DNA of 46,831 nucleotides from Gemmatimonadota bacterium (GCA_036679545.1 JAZDDD010000466.1:1-46831); one strand, 5' to 3'. Shown: positions 1 to 9,538, numbered from the stretch's first letter. A program made the numbers and translations. The notes: generated by a model not told the origin, from the letters alone.

Positions 1-951
1 TACTGCCAACAGCGATCCGTAAAGATCCGGTGCAGTTTTGGAAATCTCGAGCCCTGCCCAACCGAATATGCCAAGACAAAACAGCAAGACAGACACGCCA
101 AAGAATCCAAGTTCTTCACCGATGGTACTGAAAATGAAATCGGAATATGCGTATGGCAGGTATCCAAGTTTTTGCATACCCACACCGAACCCCTGTCCAA
201 ATAACTGACCGGAGCCGAGCCCAATGACGGACTGGTTGACCTGCCAACCCGACTCCGCAAGATCCTTGCTCCGTGAGAAGAACTCGTAAAACCGGGTGAA
301 TTGATACGATTCCGTCAGCTCCCATAGCGAAACGAACGCTATGGCCATGACACCCAAGATCAAAAAGTGTCCGAGCTTGGCACCGGCGGCAAAGAGAATC
401 ACACCGACAAGTACACAGTATAAAAATGCGGTGGAGAGATCCGGCTCGAGCAGGATAAGCAAAGCGGTGGGTGCGACTACGACGGCGAATGGCAGCACGC
501 CGCGCCGAAAATCCCCCAACACTTCTTCATCCTTCTTTTTGGTGGCGAGCTTTGCGGCCCACATTACGATAGCTAGCTTCGCGATCTCAGACGGTTGAAA
601 GCTGATGTTTGCTAGCACCAACCAACGGGTGGCGCCGTTGCGTTGCAACGCAAAGTCGCTTGTTATGGGCATGATGAGCATCAGAAGCATTACCGTCACA
701 ACGGCCATGATCCACCACGCCCAGCGCTGCCATATGTGATAATCCAACCGCGACACGACCATCACGACGACGGCCCCAACCAACGCGCCCATGAGTTGCT
801 TGATGGCGAACGTCGATCCAGGATCACCCTGCCGGACCGCAACGATACCCGATGCGCCGTAAACGGCGGCGATGCCAAAGACGACCAGAATGGCCGTCAC
901 AACGATCAGCAGCCGTGTTTCATAATGTGGATAAATTCGCCCAGATGCCAT
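1..951 (-). CDS. ftsW: FtsW/RodA-type SEDS cell-division protein (C-terminal part lies beyond the window edge)
   Basis: Absent from the ORF track because it runs off the left edge. Hand translation of the minus strand from ATG 951..949 stays open for all 317 codons: MASGRIYPHYETRLLIVVTAILVVFGIAAVYGAS...NISFQPSEIAKLAIVMWAAKL...GWQVNQSVIGLGSGQLFGQGFGVG...YAYSDFIFSTIGEELGFFG. This shows SEDS motifs and many TM helices. It starts 3 nt after the murD stop, the canonical dcw position. Confidence 0.9.
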   Translation of the reverse strand, partial: MASGRIYPHYETRLLIVVTAILVVFGIAAVYGASGIVAVRQGDPGSTFAIKQLMGALVGAVVVMVVSRLDYHIWQRWAWWIMAVVTVMLLMLIMPITSDFALQRNGATRWLVLANISFQPSEIAKLAIVMWAAKLATKKKDEEVLGDFRRGVLPFAVVVAPTALLILLEPDLSTAFLYCVLVGVILFAAGAKLGHFLILGVMAIAFVSLWELTESYQFTRFYEFFSRSKDLAESGWQVNQSVIGLGSGQLFGQGFGVGMQKLGYLPYAYSDFIFSTIGEELGFFGVSVLLFCLGIFGWAGLEISKTAPDLYGSLLAV

Positions 952-953
952 GG

Positions 954-2330
954 TCACAGTTGCCGCGCGAGGGTGCGGAACGCCTTTCCCCGATGCATGT
1001 AATTCTCATACTGATCGAAACTTGCGCAAGCGGGCGAAAGCAAAACGGTGTCACCCGCCAACGCAAGCTGCCCGGCGCGTGCCACTGCATCGTCTAAGGT
1101 GTCAACTTGTGCGACGGACACACGCCGCAGTTGACGTGCAATTACCGGCGCGGCCTCGCCGTATGCCAACACGGCCCGAGCACGCGACCCCAAGACATCG
1201 GCGAGTATCCCGAAGTCTTCACCCTTGCCGCGGCCACCAAGGATGAGCACCACGTCTCCGGTGACGGCTTTCAACGCAGCGGTCGCGGAAGCCACATTGG
1301 TCGCTTTGGAGTCGTTCACCCACCGAACGTCATTGTGGATACATACCGTCTCCAAGCGGTGTGGTAACGCGGTCATGGTACGCAATCCATCCCCAATTTG
1401 CGATGTCGTGAGGCCGACACGTTTGGCGACGAGTGTCGCCGCAAGGGCGTTTGCAACGTTGTGATCACCCAAGAGTGAAAAGGAATCCCGATCGATGATT
1501 TCTTTGTCCATCGACACCAGGGCGTCCCGAGATCGGTCAAACCAGGCCTCCGCCTTCTTTTGGACGCTAAAACGTTCGACCGTTCCGTTGACCCCGGCAA
1601 CCATCTTTGCCACACGATCATCATCGTCGTTGACAACCCAATACGACGAAGGTTTGGCATGCATGAACATGCGTTGCTTGTCGGCATAGTATTCGGCAGC
1701 CGTTTCATACCAGTCCATATGATCCGGAGCCAAGTTGGTGAGCACTCCAATGGAGGGGTTTACACGTTGGGAATAGTGGAGTTGGAACGAAGACAGTTCT
1801 ATGACGAACCAGTCTGTGGCGGGATTCTGCGCCGCAACGATCAAGGGTGTGCCAATGTTGCCGGCCGCTACGGACGCAATACCCGAGTGGCGGAGAATGT
1901 GATCGATCAATGCCGTTGTCGTTGTCTTACCGTTGGTACCCGTGACCGCAACCATGTTGCGGTCGGTGAGGGAGAGGGTAGCAAGATCGATCTCCGACCA
2001 GACCTCTTTTCCGGCTGCTAAAGCGGCGCGCACCGGTGGCGTGTTGGGTGGGACACCGGGAGATACTACGACCGCCGTTGCACGCCCGATCCTTTCGATG
2101 TCATGTGTACCGCACTCGGTTGCCACACCCATGCCCTCGAGGTCTTTGGCCGCCGAGCGCACCGTGTCACTGGTACTTAGATCCGAGGCGTAAACCGACA
2201 GACTCGCCGATGCGAGTGCCTTGCCAACGGCGACACCGGTGGTTCCGATCCCGATGACGGCGATCTCACCAGTTTGCCAACCGGCCGGGATTACCGGATT
2301 TTGAGCGTTGCTAGCGCGACGAGCGCACAC
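954..2330 (-). CDS. murD: UDP-N-acetylmuramoylalanine--D-glutamate ligase
   Basis: 458-aa ORF with N-terminal Rossmann motif IAVIGIGTTGVAVGKAL and Mur-ligase P-loop VAVTGTNGKTTTT. Sits between mraY and ftsW. The GTG start at 2330 overlaps mraY by 40 nt and is the only canonical start that keeps the Rossmann motif. Confidence 0.93.
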   Translation of the reverse strand: MCARRASNAQNPVIPAGWQTGEIAVIGIGTTGVAVGKALASASLSVYASDLSTSDTVRSAAKDLEGMGVATECGTHDIERIGRATAVVVSPGVPPNTPPVRAALAAGKEVWSEIDLATLSLTDRNMVAVTGTNGKTTTTALIDHILRHSGIASVAAGNIGTPLIVAAQNPATDWFVIELSSFQLHYSQRVNPSIGVLTNLAPDHMDWYETAAEYYADKQRMFMHAKPSSYWVVNDDDDRVAKMVAGVNGTVERFSVQKKAEAWFDRSRDALVSMDKEIIDRDSFSLLGDHNVANALAATLVAKRVGLTTSQIGDGLRTMTALPHRLETVCIHNDVRWVNDSKATNVASATAALKAVTGDVVLILGGRGKGEDFGILADVLGSRARAVLAYGEAAPVIARQLRRVSVAQVDTLDDAVARAGQLALAGDTVLLSPACASFDQYENYMHRGKAFRTLARQL

Positions 2331-3415
2331 AGGAGACCGAGGATGTAAAACCGGATGACGATCTTCGACTCAGTCCAGCCGGAAAGTTCGAAGTGATGAT
2401 GAAGCGGTGCCATGCGGAAAAAGCGATTCTGACGCGCGTACTCTATGCCGTGCCGTCGTTTCCGCCATTTGAATACACTTGTTTGGATGAGGACCGACAT
2501 CGTTTCGGCGACAAACACACCGCCAATCAAAAGCAAGAGGAATTCTGACTTGAGGAGAATGGCCACCGTCCCAAGCGCGCCACCGATGGCCAAACTACCG
2601 GTATCGCCCATCATGATTTCCGCTGGGTGCGAATTGAACCAGAGAAATCCAATGGCTGCGCCCATCAAACTCGCACAAAACACCGACAGCTCGCCCGCAC
2701 CAGGAATATAGTAGATCAGTAAATACTCCGACGCGACGGTGTTACCGATCAGATACGCAAAGATGGCAAACGCGGCGGCCGCAATCACGGTCAAACCGGA
2801 CGCGAGTCCATCGAGGCCGTCTGTGAGGTTCACCGAGTTACTGGAAGCTGTCATGATGAACGTGACAAACATCATGAACAAGATTGGTGGCAGTGAGAAA
2901 GAGAAATATTTGAAGAAGGGAACCGTTGTCTCGTTGGGTGCCAAACTTCCGGTGTCCAGGGGTATGAACAACAGATAGGCCGCCAAGATCAGGCCAAATG
3001 TTACCTGCCCAATGAGTTTATAGCGTGCAACCAAACCACGGGGCTTTTTTTGTACGACCTTCAAGTAGTCGTCGAGAAACCCGATTGCCGCCATCCACAT
3101 GGTTGCCGCAACCGCCGTAAAAGTAAATCGCGTATCTAAGCGCGCCCACAACAATGTGGGGACAACCGTCGCCAAAAGAATGATCAGCCCACCCATCGTG
3201 GGCGTGCCCTGCTTCTCACGGTGCCCTGCCGGTGCATCCTCCCTGATGACTTGACTGACCTTGCGCGCACGTAGCGTGCGAATAACCCACGGTCCGGTAA
3301 CAAAAGAGAGAAACATGGCGGTGACCGTGGCACCGGCCGCGCGAAAAGAAATGTACGTGAAGACACCGAGCCCGGGGATTGCGTCAGCAAACGGCGGAAG
3401 GAGGTGATAGAACAA
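2291..3415 (-). CDS. mraY: phospho-N-acetylmuramoyl-pentapeptide transferase
   Basis: 374-aa polytopic membrane ORF with MraY motifs NSVNLTDGLDGLA, MGDTGSLAIGG and APLHHHFE. dcw position is correct. Confidence 0.95.
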   Translation of the reverse strand: MFYHLLPPFADAIPGLGVFTYISFRAAGATVTAMFLSFVTGPWVIRTLRARKVSQVIREDAPAGHREKQGTPTMGGLIILLATVVPTLLWARLDTRFTFTAVAATMWMAAIGFLDDYLKVVQKKPRGLVARYKLIGQVTFGLILAAYLLFIPLDTGSLAPNETTVPFFKYFSFSLPPILFMMFVTFIMTASSNSVNLTDGLDGLASGLTVIAAAAFAIFAYLIGNTVASEYLLIYYIPGAGELSVFCASLMGAAIGFLWFNSHPAEIMMGDTGSLAIGGALGTVAILLKSEFLLLLIGGVFVAETMSVLIQTSVFKWRKRRHGIEYARQNRFFRMAPLHHHFELSGWTESKIVIRFYILGLLCALVALATLKIR

Positions 3416-3421
3416 AGAGGC

Positions 3422-4756
3422 TCAGCTCGCTGCGAGAATGGGAATGACACGTTCGAGTCCAACACCTCGAGACGCTTTGAGCAATACAAGCTCGCCGCCA
3501 CCGAGGCGCCCCCGCAAGGCTCGGCCCAGGTCCTCAACGTGGTTGGCTGTTATGAGACGGTTGGCCGGTTGGATGTCCATGCTTGCAAAGGGCGCAGCAA
3601 AGTCACCAATCACTCCGATGATATGTGGTTCCATCTCCTCGATCGCCGCGGCCGCGGCGCGGTGCAAGCTGTCGCTTTCCTCACCCAGCTCAAGCATGGA
3701 CCCGACGACGATGACCAGCTGCCGACCAGCTCGGAGTGTCTGTACGAGTTGCAATGCCGCATGGAGCGATGCCGGATTGGCGTTGTACGTATCATTCACG
3801 ATAGTCAGCGAACCGCGTTGCATGACCTCACAGCGGCCCCGAGGCAAGACGACCTTCGACAACGCGGTGGCAAAGTCGCCATCCAGACGTACGAGACGCG
3901 CCACACCCAACGCCAACAACGCGTTGGCGACCTGGTGTTTGCCCGCAACACGGAGTTGGACATCTTCTCCCATGTATCTGACCCGCCCACACCCCTTCGA
4001 GTCTAGCTCCCAATGATCGGGCCTAACATCCGCTTGCCGTGACATCCCCGCGACGAGCACACGTGGACAGAGCTTGTTGGCTCGACCGGGTAGTTCAGGC
4101 GGGGATTCTCCTACGACCGCCGCGGGAGGACCACGTAGCAACGTCGTCTTTTCATCCAGCACCCCCGGCACAGATTGAAAACCCTCGAGATGACCTGCAG
4201 CGACGTTGGTAATCACAGCCACTGTTGGCTCGATGATATCTCGCAGCACACCAATTTCACCCGGTTCGTTGGCTCCGGCCTCCACAACCAACGCCTCGGT
4301 GTCATCGGGTGCTTCGAGAATCGTGAGGGGAACCCCAACACGATTGTTGTTATTCAACCTTGTGCCGTGCGTGTTCCACTTCGTTTGCATCAACGCGAGC
4401 ACCATTTCCTTTGTACTCGTTTTCCCGTTGGTTCCGGTGATTGCGACGACAGGACCATCCATCAGGCGACGGCGGTATCTGGCCAACATCCCATATGCGG
4501 TGAGCGTGTCCTCAACTTCGAACAGTGTCAACCCCGCAACCGGCGGTTGTCCCGATTGTACGACGGCACCCGTTGCACCACCATCGCGCGCCGCGTCGAG
4601 AAACGTATGTCCATCAAATCGTTCGCCGACCAACGCGACAAAAAGCGAACCGGGAGCCAACGTTCTGGTATCGGTCGTGACGCCGCTGAATGACTGCGTG
4701 GCCCCAGACGAAAGCCCCAGTGCGATGGCGACCGCTTCGCTGGTCCACAACGTCAT
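3422..4756 (-). CDS. murF: UDP-N-acetylmuramoyl-tripeptide--D-alanyl-D-alanine ligase
   Basis: 444-aa Mur ligase with P-loop VVAITGTNGKTSTKEM. Lies between murE and mraY. TAAATG junction with the murE stop at 4757. Confidence 0.92.
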   Translation of the reverse strand: MTLWTSEAVAIALGLSSGATQSFSGVTTDTRTLAPGSLFVALVGERFDGHTFLDAARDGGATGAVVQSGQPPVAGLTLFEVEDTLTAYGMLARYRRRLMDGPVVAITGTNGKTSTKEMVLALMQTKWNTHGTRLNNNNRVGVPLTILEAPDDTEALVVEAGANEPGEIGVLRDIIEPTVAVITNVAAGHLEGFQSVPGVLDEKTTLLRGPPAAVVGESPPELPGRANKLCPRVLVAGMSRQADVRPDHWELDSKGCGRVRYMGEDVQLRVAGKHQVANALLALGVARLVRLDGDFATALSKVVLPRGRCEVMQRGSLTIVNDTYNANPASLHAALQLVQTLRAGRQLVIVVGSMLELGEESDSLHRAAAAAIEEMEPHIIGVIGDFAAPFASMDIQPANRLITANHVEDLGRALRGRLGGGELVLLKASRGVGLERVIPILAAS

Positions 4757-6238
4757 TTACGATTTCCGTTCCTGCATCGCGTCCGCGACAATTTCACATT
4801 CATCGAATGGAACCCGCTCAGTTCCTATCACTTGATATGTCTCGTGGCCCTTGCCCGCAAGCAACAGGCAATCGTTGGGTTGCATCATCCCGACGGATCG
4901 ATGAATGGCCTCGCGACGGTCGACAATGCGGAGGTAGGCCTTTCCATCCATGCCCTCTTCCACGTCGTTGACGATTTTTTCGGGATCCTCCGTGCGGGGG
5001 TTGTCCGATGTCACAACCGCAACGTCGGCACCGCGTACGGCAATGCGCCCCATCGGCGCACGCTTTCCGGCATCACGGTCACCGCCACAACCAAACAAGA
5101 CGATGAGGCGCCCTGTTGTGATCTCGCGTGCCGCACCAATGGCCCGTTCTAACGCATCAGGTGTGTGCGCGTAGTCACGCAATACAAGAAGCCCATCAGA
5201 ACCAATCTGCTCCATCCGCCCGGGTACCTGTGGCACGTTAGCGAGCCGTCGTCGCAATATGTCGGGCGGCAGACCCAGCGCCAAAGCCGCCGAAGACGCA
5301 GCGACCGCGTTGCTCACGTTAAACACCCCTAAGAGCGGCGAGCGAAGTTCGAGTGTTTGTTCATCATCATTGGCAGCGAATAGCGTATAACGGAGATCGA
5401 ATAGAGCGCCGTCATGGGCTACGGTCTTGACGGTGGCCAACACGTCGGCGGCACCGCGTGTGCCGTATCGCAAGCGACGCTGCCCGCTGGGCAAAGGGAG
5501 CGCACTCCACGCAACATGGTCCACGTTGACCACTTGCCAACCCGCTTCGGAGATGTGACCGGCCAGACTCATCTTTGTGGCGAGATACGCCTCGAACGTG
5601 CCGTGATAGTCGAGATGATCTCGGGTGGCGTTGGTAAAAATGCCGGCGCTGAACGTTACGCCGTGAAGACGATTTTGATCCAGTGCGTGAGATGAAACCT
5701 CCATCACCACGGTGCGGGTTCCGCGACGTCGTAACATTGCCAACGTCTCGTGCAACGCCGCAGCACCGGGTGTGGTCAATTTCTCCTCGTAAATCGCCGT
5801 ACCGGTACCATCGAACGCACCCAACGTTCCCACCGCCGCTACATCTTGGTCTCCGTTCAGGAGGTGTTGCAGGATGCTGACGGTCGTAGACTTACCATTC
5901 GTGCCGGTCACGCCAATCATCAGTAAATCATCCACGGGGCGACCGTGGTATTCCGACGCGGCGATGGCGGTTGCGATGCGGACATCCGCCACGACGATTT
6001 CATCCGCCGCGTCTTGCGAATTAGTTACCAAAAACGCGCGGGCACCCCGTTCGCGCGCCTGCGCGATGTATGCGTGGCCGTCAGCGACCGTCCCCTTAAT
6101 CGCACAAAACAATGAACCGTCCACGACACGGTTGGTGTGATCAACGACACCGGAAAGTGATGTGGGAGGATTTTCGGGAGCCTTGAGAAGTTGACCCTCG
6201 CGCGCGAGGGCTGCGAGAACCTGGGAGAACTTAACCAC
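4757..6238 (-). CDS. murE: UDP-N-acetylmuramoyl-L-alanyl-D-glutamate--2,6-diaminopimelate ligase
   Basis: Mur ligase P-loop MIGVTGTNGKSTT and the DNPR motif (VVTSDNPRTEDP) typical of meso-DAP-adding MurE. The longest ORF starts at 6505, but its first 89 codons overlap ftsI and are Cys/Arg-rich junk. An in-frame GTG at 6238..6236 overlaps the ftsI stop (GTGGTTAA) and gives a normal-length protein of about 493 aa. Confidence 0.9.
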   Translation of the reverse strand: MVKFSQVLAALAREGQLLKAPENPPTSLSGVVDHTNRVVDGSLFCAIKGTVADGHAYIAQARERGARAFLVTNSQDAADEIVVADVRIATAIAASEYHGRPVDDLLMIGVTGTNGKSTTVSILQHLLNGDQDVAAVGTLGAFDGTGTAIYEEKLTTPGAAALHETLAMLRRRGTRTVVMEVSSHALDQNRLHGVTFSAGIFTNATRDHLDYHGTFEAYLATKMSLAGHISEAGWQVVNVDHVAWSALPLPSGQRRLRYGTRGAADVLATVKTVAHDGALFDLRYTLFAANDDEQTLELRSPLLGVFNVSNAVAASSAALALGLPPDILRRRLANVPQVPGRMEQIGSDGLLVLRDYAHTPDALERAIGAAREITTGRLIVLFGCGGDRDAGKRAPMGRIAVRGADVAVVTSDNPRTEDPEKIVNDVEEGMDGKAYLRIVDRREAIHRSVGMMQPNDCLLLAGKGHETYQVIGTERVPFDECEIVADAMQERKS

Positions 6239-8162
6239 CGCCGCGTGCCGCGGTGCACACCAACGTAACTGTTGAGCCCGATGGCAATGACGTTCCCGTA
6301 GCGGGTTGGGTGACACAAGACGGGCCCCAACCCTCAACCCGGACTTGGAACTCGAGATCGTGCAGCTTACGCGCTGCGAGACGAATTGGATCTCCAGTGA
6401 CATCGGGAATCTCTTTTTCGTACACGGCGATGTCCTCTGGCTTTCTTGGCAACCGCAGATGAAAAGGTGCCGTGCCGGGATCCACTGCACGTGGCGATTC
6501 TTCAATTGGATCTGACGACACTAACAAAGAAGCGCGGTCGAGTACCGGTGTTCGACCGGCCAACAGTTGTTCGAGCATCGAACGCGTCAGCGGTACCGCA
6601 CTCGCGGCGGCATAGGTGCCTGCCGGATCATCGAGTTTCACAACCATCACAAACTGCGGATCCGATGCAGGAAACAAGGAAATGAACGTAGCGGTGTGCG
6701 AACCAGGCACATAACGACCATCGATCACGCGTCTTGCCGTTCCGGTCTTTCCCGCCACCTCATAGGTCGCCAGCGCCGCCGCCTCGCCTGTACCACCGTC
6801 GTAAACCACAGCGCGTAGCATCCCACGTAACCTGTCCGCGTGCGCCGCCGAGATCACCCGTCTCACGGGTCGCGGTTCATGACGATAAATGACTTCCCCG
6901 GACACTGCGACGACACGCTTGATAAGTGTTGGCTGCACCATGACGCCGTCGTTGGCCAGCGCAGCATACGCCTGTGCCAGCTGTAGCATGGTGGTGGCAA
7001 CCTCATAACCCATGGCAAGACTGGCAGAACTTGTCATCGACCAAGCGTCCGGCCGCCGCAAGATTCCCGGGGACTCCGCAGGGAACTCGATCCCGGTTGG
7101 CGTTCCCAAACCGAAATCTCGGAGCATCGCGAATTGTTGCGGTCGTGTCAGCCTACTCGACAGTTTCGCGATTCCGATATTGCTCGAACGACGGACAACA
7201 TCGAACAGGGTCATCCAACCCTCGTTATGATCGTCCGTTATCGTCCGATGTGGTGTCTTGTATTCGCCGTCCTCTCCCCAAACGGAATCGCTTTGCGCGA
7301 CGAGACCCCTATCAAGCAACGCCGCGGCAGCAAAGATCTTGGCCGTTGACCCGGGCTCGAAGGCTGATGTGAACGAGCTAACGGTGGAACTCGACTCGCG
7401 TGAACGAGATGCCACCGCCAGAATCTCTCCCGAACGGGGGTCAATGATGACAACGTTGCCCGACAGCGCTTCGAGTTTCTCCATGGCATCGCTCAACGAG
7501 CGCTCAACAAGGTCTTGTAGGTCGATGTCGAGGGTCACGTGTACGTTGTGGCCCGGGGTGGGGAACGCATCCAACCGCCCAGGTGTTTGATAGGTGCCAC
7601 CGACGTGATCTCGAAGCACCACGGCACTGCCGGGAGTTCCCTGTAACAACGTGTCCATCACTCGCTCAATGCCGCTGGCCGCAATGCCGTTGCTCGCCGG
7701 TCGACCCAGAACCGCCGCCGCAAGATTACCGTGGGGATAGAAACGGTTCAAACTGGAGTTGACGTAAACGCCACGTAGCGAGCGAATGTCATGTACGCGG
7801 TTCGACGAATACGGACCGGCCAGATAGCCGAACCGTTTACGCAACTCCCGATTCAAACGAGCCGAGGAAATACCAAGAGCGGTCCGGATCTGTTTTGCGG
7901 TCTCGGCGGAGTCCACAAACTCACCGGGTGTCAAATCAATACTGTAACTCTCCTGCGACACGGCGAGCTGATTGCCCCAACGGTCGAGGATCGCACCCCG
8001 CGGCGCCGGGAGTTCCTCCCGTTCGGTACGAACCGCCGCGGCCGTGGCTGCGTGCTGTGCTCCATCTAACAGCTGTACCTGGGCGGCACGTAACAGCAGC
8101 ACACAAAGCCCCACCAAGGCGATTGCCCCCACTGCACGTATGCGAGAATCAGGTTCTGCCAT
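6231..8162 (-). CDS. ftsI: class B penicillin-binding protein / peptidoglycan D,D-transpeptidase FtsI with C-terminal PASTA domain
   Basis: 643 aa. N-terminal membrane anchor IALVGLCVLLL. Transpeptidase motifs STAK (FEPGSTAKIF), SSN (RRSSNIGI) and KTG (VAGKTGTAR). The last ~65 aa (IPDVTGDPIRLAARKLHDLEFQVRVEGWG..VTQPATGTSLPSGSTVTLV) match the PASTA pattern. Confidence 0.92.
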   Translation of the reverse strand: MAEPDSRIRAVGAIALVGLCVLLLRAAQVQLLDGAQHAATAAAVRTEREELPAPRGAILDRWGNQLAVSQESYSIDLTPGEFVDSAETAKQIRTALGISSARLNRELRKRFGYLAGPYSSNRVHDIRSLRGVYVNSSLNRFYPHGNLAAAVLGRPASNGIAASGIERVMDTLLQGTPGSAVVLRDHVGGTYQTPGRLDAFPTPGHNVHVTLDIDLQDLVERSLSDAMEKLEALSGNVVIIDPRSGEILAVASRSRESSSTVSSFTSAFEPGSTAKIFAAAALLDRGLVAQSDSVWGEDGEYKTPHRTITDDHNEGWMTLFDVVRRSSNIGIAKLSSRLTRPQQFAMLRDFGLGTPTGIEFPAESPGILRRPDAWSMTSSASLAMGYEVATTMLQLAQAYAALANDGVMVQPTLIKRVVAVSGEVIYRHEPRPVRRVISAAHADRLRGMLRAVVYDGGTGEAAALATYEVAGKTGTARRVIDGRYVPGSHTATFISLFPASDPQFVMVVKLDDPAGTYAAASAVPLTRSMLEQLLAGRTPVLDRASLLVSSDPIEESPRAVDPGTAPFHLRLPRKPEDIAVYEKEIPDVTGDPIRLAARKLHDLEFQVRVEGWGPSCVTQPATGTSLPSGSTVTLVCTAARGGG

Positions 8163-8451
8163 CAGTCAGCGCACTTTCCGAGTCCACAACAATATTGACG
8201 ACTTCCGTATCCGCCGGTAGACGCAGACCGAGCGACTCGGCACGCGGGATCAGCCGTTCTCGGCTCCTACTCAGACTGATACGTCGTAGAAGGTCATTTC
8301 GTGTTGATTGGAGCACACGACGTTCTTCCTGCAATGTGCGTAGTTCGGTTGCAGCAACCACGGAAGAAGTTTGACGCGCCGCCACAATCACCAACACGCC
8401 AAAGAAAAATACAAGCCACACGCTGACCCAAAACCGACCCCGAACCTTCAT
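8149..8451 (-). CDS. ftsL: FtsL-like cell-division protein (single TM plus coiled coil)
   Basis: 100-aa ORF with one TM helix (FWVSVWLVFFFGVLVIVAA) followed by a heptad-like region. Sits between rsmH and ftsI. ATGA overlap with the rsmH stop. Confidence 0.7.
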   Translation of the reverse strand: MKVRGRFWVSVWLVFFFGVLVIVAARQTSSVVAATELRTLQEERRVLQSTRNDLLRRISLSRSRERLIPRAESLGLRLPADTEVVNIVVDSESALTDGRT

Positions 8452-9380
8452 GCCTTTCGAAAGACTCGCATTTTGGCAGAGCGTGCGCGCGGGTTCGTGG
8501 CCAACTCATCCGACCCTGGCGTAACCGGTGACTTGGTCACCACCGTGCCCAGCGCCTTGCCACGACAGACGCATACCGGATGGGTGGGCGGACACACACA
8601 CGACCGAGCCCAATCGCGGAATGCGTGTTTGACGATACGATCCTCACCGGAATGGTAGGTCAACACGGCAAACGAGCCCCCCAGTGTGAGCGCATCCCGC
8701 ATTCGTGGCAGTCCGTCTTTTAATTGCTGCAACTCATCGTTAACCGCGATTCGCAAAGCCTGAAAAAGCCGCGCGAAATCAGAAGGGCCGGCTCGGGATC
8801 CCAGCACCGCCCGAATTGCATTGACCAAGTCATCACTTGTGACAAACATCTGCGTGGCACGACGGCGGCTAACCTCTGCCGCCAGACGTCGCGAACGACG
8901 TTCATCGCCATATTGATAAAAGATATCAGCTAGCTCGCCCTCTTCCGCTTCATTGAGAATATCCGCGGCCGTGGCACCGACACCGTCCATGCGCATGTCG
9001 AGTGCGGCACCGGAGCGAAACGTGAACCCGCGGTCGATTTCGTCGATTTGTTGCGAGGAAATACCGAGATCCAAAAATAAGAGATCCGGGTGGAATCCAT
9101 CGATGATGGCTAACGCCTGTTCGGATCCGAAGGACAGGAAGTGTAGGGCAACGCTTTCACCAAACCGAGCGGTCAGGTCCTCACGGACGTGTGGGTCACG
9201 ATCGAAGGCCACCACCTCAGCGCCCGTATCGACAAATATCTGCAGGTGTCCACCACCACCCGCCGTCCCATCGACAATGCGGGAGCAGTCACGGGCGAGG
9301 TCCGCCGCTTGGGCGAGCATAACGGGGATATGTCTAACAGCCAAGGTCACGATAGATAAACATAACGCCCCGCTTGGCAA
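8448..9380 (-). CDS. rsmH: 16S rRNA (cytosine1402-N4)-methyltransferase
   Basis: Motifs HIPVML, IVDGTAGGGGH, LDLGISSQQID and HSGEDRIVK. The longest ORF uses TTG at 9380, which lies inside a 13-bp hairpin. GTG at 9350 or TTG at 9344 are equally plausible starts and still retain the HIPVML motif. Confidence 0.9.
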   Translation of the reverse strand: MPSGALCLSIVTLAVRHIPVMLAQAADLARDCSRIVDGTAGGGGHLQIFVDTGAEVVAFDRDPHVREDLTARFGESVALHFLSFGSEQALAIIDGFHPDLLFLDLGISSQQIDEIDRGFTFRSGAALDMRMDGVGATAADILNEAEEGELADIFYQYGDERRSRRLAAEVSRRRATQMFVTSDDLVNAIRAVLGSRAGPSDFARLFQALRIAVNDELQQLKDGLPRMRDALTLGGSFAVLTYHSGEDRIVKHAFRDWARSCVCPPTHPVCVCRGKALGTVVTKSPVTPGSDELATNPRARSAKMRVFRKA

Positions 9381-9394
9381 TCAAGCGGGGCGTT
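9364..9394 (-). terminator. perfect 13-bp GC-rich hairpin (5-nt loop), candidate terminator or processing signal downstream of tRNA-Asp
   Basis: AACGCCCCGCTTG (9364-9376) pairs perfectly with CAAGCGGGGCGTT (9382-9394). On the minus-strand RNA it is followed by AUGUUUAUCUAU. On the plus strand it is followed by TTTTGG. It begins 14 nt after the tRNA-Asp 3' end. Confidence 0.35.
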
Positions 9395-9407
9395 TTGGAA
9401 CCCTAGA

Positions 9408-9482
9408 CGGGGCTGACGGGACTTGAACCCGCGGCCTCCGGTGTGACAGACCGGCACTCTAACCAAACTGAGCTACAGCCCC
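9408..9482 (-). tRNA. tRNA-Asp (anticodon GTC)
   Basis: Minus-strand read GGGGCTG TA GCTC AGTTTGGTTA GAGT G CCGGT CTGTCAC ACCGG AGGCC GCGGG TTCAAGT CCCGT CAGCCCC G folds as a cloverleaf of 75 nt. Anticodon loop is CT-GTC-AC. CCA is not encoded. Confidence 0.93.
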
Positions 9483-9496
9483 TCGCGTAGCCGCGA

Positions 9497-9526
9497 ATTA
9501 TACCGCCGGGGCTACTCGCGGATCAA
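9497..9526 (-). promoter_or_regulatory. candidate sigma70-type promoter for tRNA-Asp (TTGATC-18 nt-TATAAT)
   Basis: On the minus strand, TATAAT lies at 9502..9497, 14 nt upstream of the mature tRNA 5' end (9482). TTGATC lies at 9526..9521. Confidence 0.35.
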
Positions 9527-9538
9527 GGACCAGTCTTC

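Noticed and set aside
116-325. 69-aa minus-strand ORF in the first kilobase, together with plus-strand ORFs 341..598 and 643..1002
   Set aside because: They overlap the open, motif-rich ftsW frame (1..951, minus strand) in other frames or on the other strand and have no protein-like features.
6239-6505. N-terminal 89 codons of the longest murE ORF
   Set aside because: They overlap the PASTA-encoding end of ftsI in another frame and are Cys/Arg/His-rich with no Mur ligase similarity. An in-frame GTG at 6238 overlapping the ftsI stop gives a normal MurE.
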